Virus record (IMG/VR): IMGVR_UViG_3300046170_000470
Source: a virus
DNA: 64,000 nucleotides
Strand: one strand, 5' to 3'
Shown here: in pieces, positions 63,516 to 64,000 of the stretch
Layout: each line of letters begins with the position of its first letter
Numbering within the stretch: the stretch's first letter is position 1
Program-made: the position numbers and the translations under genes
Notes under the pieces: model-generated
What the model was told of the DNA's origin: nothing
The model's input: the letters and a program-made list of their open reading frames with translations, nothing else
Databases searched by the model: none

Positions 63516-63812
63516 ATGGAATTTAATTGGCACATAAATAATTTAACTAGAAATACATCTGACGGATTAGTATATGATATAGAATATGTATATGAAACTA
63601 TCGTTAGTGGATCTATAGCTCAAAAATATGGCAACATAGAAGTATCAGGATCATCAACAGAAGACAGTTTCGTGCCTTTTGAAGATTTAACCCAAGATAT
63701 AATATTAGGATGGATTACAGGAAGTTTTGATATTCCTACACTCCAAACCGAACTATCTTCATCCGTAAGTAAATTAGTAAGCGGAGAATCTACACAGGAA
63801 ACCCCTTTTTAA
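63516..63812 (+). CDS. small fibre-associated phage protein
   Basis: FVPFEDLTQDIILGW motif, typical of small proteins next to fibre genes. Confidence 0.65.
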   Translation: MEFNWHINNLTRNTSDGLVYDIEYVYETIVSGSIAQKYGNIEVSGSSTEDSFVPFEDLTQDIILGWITGSFDIPTLQTELSSSVSKLVSGESTQETPF

Positions 63813-63866
63813 AATAGGTTGTATATCTGATTTATTTTTATTATATTGGGTCAAATTTAAGGTTAT

Positions 63867-64000
63867 ATGAATATATCTCAACAGTATAAATGTATCTTTA
63901 TCCATGTAAATAAAACTGCAGGGAGAAGTGTTAGCACTACTATATTCGGAGATATTAAAGAACACTTAACCTCAAAAGAACTTTTTGATTTATATGATAC
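63867..64000 (+). CDS. sulfotransferase family protein, 3' partial
   Basis: MNISQQYKCIFIHVNKTAGRSV contains a 5'-PSB-like KTAG motif; TAAGGTTAT leader. Confidence 0.7.
   Translation, partial: MNISQQYKCIFIHVNKTAGRSVSTTIFGDIKEHLTSKELFDLYD

Overview
64 kb of a very AT-rich, large T4-like contractile-tailed (jumbo-type) phage genome. The host is most likely Bacteroidota (Flavobacteriia), judged from the TTTG-N20-TAnnTTT promoters, the mgsA, the lipoproteins and the DUF5977- and CarboxypepD_reg-like domains. Region 1-24.5 kb is an accessory/early region of dense small ORFs: lytic transglycosylase, SWIM finger, zincin, 2OG-Fe(II) oxygenase, methylglyoxal synthase, three glycosyltransferases, NDP-sugar epimerase, Smr, DUF932, T5orf172, HD hydrolase, a gp55-like sigma factor, tRNA-Ser(TGA) and tRNA-Leu(TAA). 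Within it, 15.3-16.6 kb holds an origin-like repeat tract, a four-microprotein operon and a GC-rich, strongly self-complementary island. Region 24.5-63.8 kb is the late baseplate and tail-fibre module: gp5-, gp25- and gp6-like proteins, Gly-Ser-Ser and Gly-Ala/Pro-Thr collagen-like fibres, and S74 chaperones. A partial sulfotransferase sits at the right edge. Early promoters (TTTGG-N19-TATATTTAC) and late promoters (ATATTTATAA) can be read directly from the sequence. The most notable hypotheses are (i) a virion glycosylation system acting on a [S/T]-G-S motif found across the structural proteins, and (ii) a structured ncRNA or terminus element at 16.3-16.5 kb. Many genes carry single-base indels, several in homopolymers, which I treat as probable read or assembly errors. 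All family assignments come from motif recognition by eye; no database searches were run.
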